Shown here piece by piece: positions 60,903-64,000 of a DNA stretch of 64,000 bases; within the stretch, counting starts at the first letter, position 1, and every line of letters begins with the position of its first letter. The DNA comes from Vicinamibacterales bacterium (GTDB taxonomy: Bacteria > Acidobacteriota > Vicinamibacteria > Vicinamibacterales > 2-12-FULL-66-21): the NCBI GenBank assembly GCA_035495555.1, contig DATJFQ010000022.1, forward strand, positions 61,273 through 125,272. The letters run 5' to 3'. The position numbers and the translations under genes are program-made. The notes below the pieces were generated by a model. The model was not told the DNA's origin and did not search any database. It saw nothing but the letters and a program-made list of their open reading frames with translations.

Positions 60903-63755
60903 TCAGCGCCGATTCAGTTCATCGAGCGCGCGTTTCAGCTCTTCGAGCTTCTGCCCGGCTTCGGCGAGCCGGCCTTCGGCGGTCAGCCGCTGGTAATCCG
61001 CCAGCGCCGCGGCGGCGCGCGCAATCAGCGCCCGCTCGTCGGGCCGCGGAGCCGCGGCAGACTGAGGCGATACCGACTGGGCTGGCGCCGCGGTGCCCGT
61101 CGCCGTTGCCGGAACGGAGATGCCGGCCGACGTGCCGTTGCCGAACAGCGCGGCGAGCGCCTCGTCGAAGGTCGGTGCGTACGCCAGCTTGTCCTGCATG
61201 GCGAGCACGATCAGCCGGAGTTCCGGCATCGGACTGCGTTCGGCCTGCAGATAGATCGATTCCACGTAAAGCAGCGCGCGCCCAATCGGGATGACGAGCA
61301 GTGACCCGCGCCGGACGTGGGAGCCCTGTTGATTCCACAGGGACAGCTGCCCCGAGAGTTGCGGGTTCTGATCGATCCGCGCCTCCACCTGCAGCGGGCC
61401 GTCCACGAGCCGTGTCTTTGGAAAGTCGTAGACGATGCCCTCGCCGTAGTGCTCGCCGTCGCTCCGGCCGGCAATCCAGCCGATCAGATTGTTCCGATTC
61501 GCCGGGGAAAACGGCAGCATCTCGACGAACTCGGCGTTGGTCTCTCCCGGGAGCTTCATCACGATGAAGTTCGGCTCCGTCGCGGCGCTCGAGGACGTCG
61601 ACTGCTGGGCCGTCGCCGCGTCGGTTGCAACCGTCCAGAGATCCTCGCGGTTGTAGAACACCTCCGGATCGGTCATGTGGTAGAGGCCGTAGACGTCGGC
61701 CTGAAGCGACAGGAGGAGCTCCGGGTACCGCACGTGCGCCCGCAAGTCCGGAGGCATGCTGGCGGCGTCCTTGAACAGCGTCGGAAACATCGTCCGGTAC
61801 GCGGAAATAATCGGGTCGGTCCCATCGAACACGTAGAACGTCGTCGATCCGTCGTACGCATCGATCACCGCCTTGACGCTGTTGCGGACGTAGTTGACCT
61901 GTTCTCCGTCGACCCGATACACCGTCGAGTACGGGTAGCGGTCCGACATCGTGAAGGCGTCGATCATCCACGCGAGCCGTCCGTCCTGCCTCACGACGAT
62001 GTAGGGATCGTCGTCGAACCGGAGGAACGGCGCGAGCGCCTGGACGCGCTCGCTCACGTTGCGCCGCATCAGGAGACGGCTGTCCGCGGTCACGTCGTCG
62101 CTGAACGGGAGCTTGGCCACGTCGCCGCGCTCCATCGCGATGAGCAGTTTGCGTAGTGTGCCGCCGACGCGGATCCCGCTGTCAGCAGCGTACGACGTGA
62201 GGCTGTTGGACTGCCCTTGCGGATAGTTGAATTCCTGCTGCCGCGTTTTGACGTAGACGTCCGTGTTCGTCGTCTCGCCAAAGTAGATTTCGGGCCGCGT
62301 GACCATGAGGCTCGGCACCTTGCTCAGCACGGGCATGTCCTTCAGCAGGAGGTCCGGCAGCCCCTCTGGAGTGAACCCGTTGACGTAGTTCATCGTGATG
62401 CCGTAGCCGTGGGTATAGATCAACCGCTCGTTGATCCAGTTGCGGCTGCTCACGGGAAGCTTTTCGACGTTCAGCTCCCTCGCGGCGAGCATGACCTGGC
62501 GCGGCTTGCCGTCGATCGGGTAACGGTCGATGTCGATGTCCGGGAAATCGTAGTAGGTGCGGATCTCCTGCAGTTGCCGCAGCGTGTCCTGCAGCACGCG
62601 CCAGTCCCACAGGCGAATGTTCTGGATCGTCGCCTGATTGTTCGCCGGGTCGGCGGCCTCGACGGACATCTCGGCGGGAAACGGCTGCTGAATCAGGCGA
62701 TTCAGGCCGTACGCCTGCCGCGTGAGCGCGATGTTGTGCTCGATGAACGGACGTTCCTTCACGAGCTCGTTCGGCTTGACGATGAAGCTGCTGACATACG
62801 CGGCAGTGAGGCCGATCGCGACATACGCGAGGACGGCCGGGATACTCGCGAACACCAGCCAGCGGAACGTGCGGCGTGTCGCGGCGCCGACGAGTGCGAC
62901 GAGTCCGCCAACGAGGAGCAGCGCGGCGATGAGCGTCATGCCGCCGATCGCGATGTGCGCGTCGGTGTAGCCGGCCCCGGTGAAGATGGTGTGCTCGTCG
63001 AACAACAGGTCGAACCGATTGAGCCACACGCGCACTGCCAGCGCGATCATGCCGAACGACCACGTGAACGCGACCCCGCGCGGCGCCTCGGCCGACCTGC
63101 GCCGTCGCGCAACGCGCGCAGCGACGCGCGCCGTTCCCGAGACGGCAGCAGCCAGCAGGGCCATCACGATCAGCACGATGGCGAGCGTGATGAGCCAGCC
63201 GGAGATCGCCTGCCAGGCTGGCAGGGAGAACAGATAAAACGTGATGGGACGTCCGAAGATCGGGTCGACGCTGCGATCGGCAGCCGATACGAACATCGAA
63301 GCCGTCGGGCGGCCGTACCACCAGAGCGCGAAGGTCGGCCAATCCGCCGCCATGCTGGCAGCGGTGGCGAGCGCGATAGCCGCGGAGAACGCGCCAGCGA
63401 GGAACCGCAGGACCGGGCCGACCGGAATGCGCACGGGCCGGCCGTTCACCATGATGAAGCCGCCGCTGCCGGTGGCGGCCAGTTCCGGCGGTTCGAGCAG
63501 GAGGAAGCCGCCAAACAAAATGGCAAAGGTCAGAATGCCGAATGCGAGAAAGACGGTTGCCTCCAGCGAAAGCGTCTTCCAGAACACCTGGCCGTAGCCG
63601 AGCGAGTCGAACCAGAGCGCATCGACGTAGAACGAGAGCAGCGTGCCGCCGGCGAAGAACAGCACCAGGAGTGCGATGACCAGCCAGAGAAGCGGCCGCC
63701 TCCGGCGCGGCACCGGGTGCATGGGAGGCGTGTCGATGATGTCTGCGGGATGCAT
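60903..63755 (-). CDS. UPF0182 family membrane protein
   Basis: 950 aa with N-terminal multi-TM region (LWFDSLGY, typical of UPF0182) and a large extracytoplasmic domain. Confidence 0.82.
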   Translation of the reverse strand: MHPADIIDTPPMHPVPRRRRPLLWLVIALLVLFFAGGTLLSFYVDALWFDSLGYGQVFWKTLSLEATVFLAFGILTFAILFGGFLLLEPPELAATGSGGFIMVNGRPVRIPVGPVLRFLAGAFSAAIALATAASMAADWPTFALWWYGRPTASMFVSAADRSVDPIFGRPITFYLFSLPAWQAISGWLITLAIVLIVMALLAAAVSGTARVAARVARRRRSAEAPRGVAFTWSFGMIALAVRVWLNRFDLLFDEHTIFTGAGYTDAHIAIGGMTLIAALLLVGGLVALVGAATRRTFRWLVFASIPAVLAYVAIGLTAAYVSSFIVKPNELVKERPFIEHNIALTRQAYGLNRLIQQPFPAEMSVEAADPANNQATIQNIRLWDWRVLQDTLRQLQEIRTYYDFPDIDIDRYPIDGKPRQVMLAARELNVEKLPVSSRNWINERLIYTHGYGITMNYVNGFTPEGLPDLLLKDMPVLSKVPSLMVTRPEIYFGETTNTDVYVKTRQQEFNYPQGQSNSLTSYAADSGIRVGGTLRKLLIAMERGDVAKLPFSDDVTADSRLLMRRNVSERVQALAPFLRFDDDPYIVVRQDGRLAWMIDAFTMSDRYPYSTVYRVDGEQVNYVRNSVKAVIDAYDGSTTFYVFDGTDPIISAYRTMFPTLFKDAASMPPDLRAHVRYPELLLSLQADVYGLYHMTDPEVFYNREDLWTVATDAATAQQSTSSSAATEPNFIVMKLPGETNAEFVEMLPFSPANRNNLIGWIAGRSDGEHYGEGIVYDFPKTRLVDGPLQVEARIDQNPQLSGQLSLWNQQGSHVRRGSLLVIPIGRALLYVESIYLQAERSPMPELRLIVLAMQDKLAYAPTFDEALAALFGNGTSAGISVPATATGTAAPAQSVSPQSAAAPRPDERALIARAAAALADYQRLTAEGRLAEAGQKLEELKRALDELNRR

Positions 63756-63773
63756 GAACCCGCGTTACCAGGG

Positions 63774-64000
63774 CGGCAGCGTCATGTAGAGAAACTCCTT
63801 CAGGTAGGCGTCCTGCGATTCGAGCAGGTCCGCCGCCGTGCCCTCGAACAGTATCCGCGCGTCGTGCAGCACCATGAAATGCGCGGTGCCCGTCTTGTCG
63901 GCATCCGCCTCGAGGATTTCGACCGAGCCGTCAGGCCGGCGGTGCGCCTCGTGGGTGGCGACGTAGTGGGCATCGCGGATCTGGTGCGTGACGATGATGG
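63774..64000 (-). CDS. ABC transporter ATP-binding protein, C-terminal end (gene starts beyond the window)
   Basis: My translation gives IIVTHQIRDAHYVA...MVLHDARILFEGTAADLLESQDAYLKEFLYMTLPPW*, with the H-loop THQ. It resembles MlaF-type ATPases. TAA stop at 63774-63776. Confidence 0.6.

Overview
High-GC bacterial chromosomal segment, densely packed with housekeeping genes. Gene content suggests an Acidobacteriota-like Gram-negative: a TIGR03436-type VWFA protein, three ECF sigma loci, a sigma-54 activator and BamD. That assignment is inference only. I call about 60 CDS and one tRNA-Gly(CCC). I see no rRNA, CRISPR, transposase or integrase. Gene order: recG (partial); an ECF sigma/anti-sigma/Spy-like operon; lexA-DUF3467-nth-zincin-rsmA; rnj-ftsK-amidase; pepA. 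Next comes a 13-gene minus-strand aromatic supraoperon running 28422 down to 14880 (aroDE-trpE-trpG-trpD-trpC-trpF-trpB-trpA-chorismate mutase-DAHP synthase-tyrA-acetoacetyl-CoA synthetase-thiolase). Then: S55 peptidase plus beta-propeller protein; a second ECF pair; a TPR protein; a giant sigma-54 activator; aroC-def-fmt-rsmB-PASTA protein-rpe-thioesterase-epimerase-bamD; pgsA; two sugar-nucleotide genes; a small islet and the tRNA; the VWFA protein; a ybiT-like ABC-F, an MFS transporter, a third ECF sigma and DUF4142; HtrA; UPF0182; and a partial ABC ATPase. Observations worth a second look: (1) An unlisted 27-codon leader ORF (MPAVNRRSVCAPYAYWWWFTSHEGANG) with a mutually exclusive antiterminator/terminator lies immediately upstream of the supraoperon. 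This looks like a classical ribosome-mediated attenuator. (2) Intergenic 7-8 nt tandem arrays occur at six loci (TTGGGAN, NNCCAGT/ACTGGNN, GGTTCTCG, CAATCAN). Several form long inverted hairpins at gene ends, and some have G-quadruplex potential. (3) A -10-like hexamer recurs 6-11 nt upstream of start codons with no Shine-Dalgarno, suggesting many leaderless mRNAs. (4) Smaller oddities: an in-frame TGA in a nucleotidyltransferase gene, an in-frame 42-bp tandem duplication inside fmt, a kinase-less PASTA protein in the prkC synteny slot, an unusual sigma-54 activator architecture and a 4-PDZ HtrA. I did not find a clearly novel multi-gene system such as a defence island. All functional calls come from reading the translated ORFs and motifs; no database search was run.
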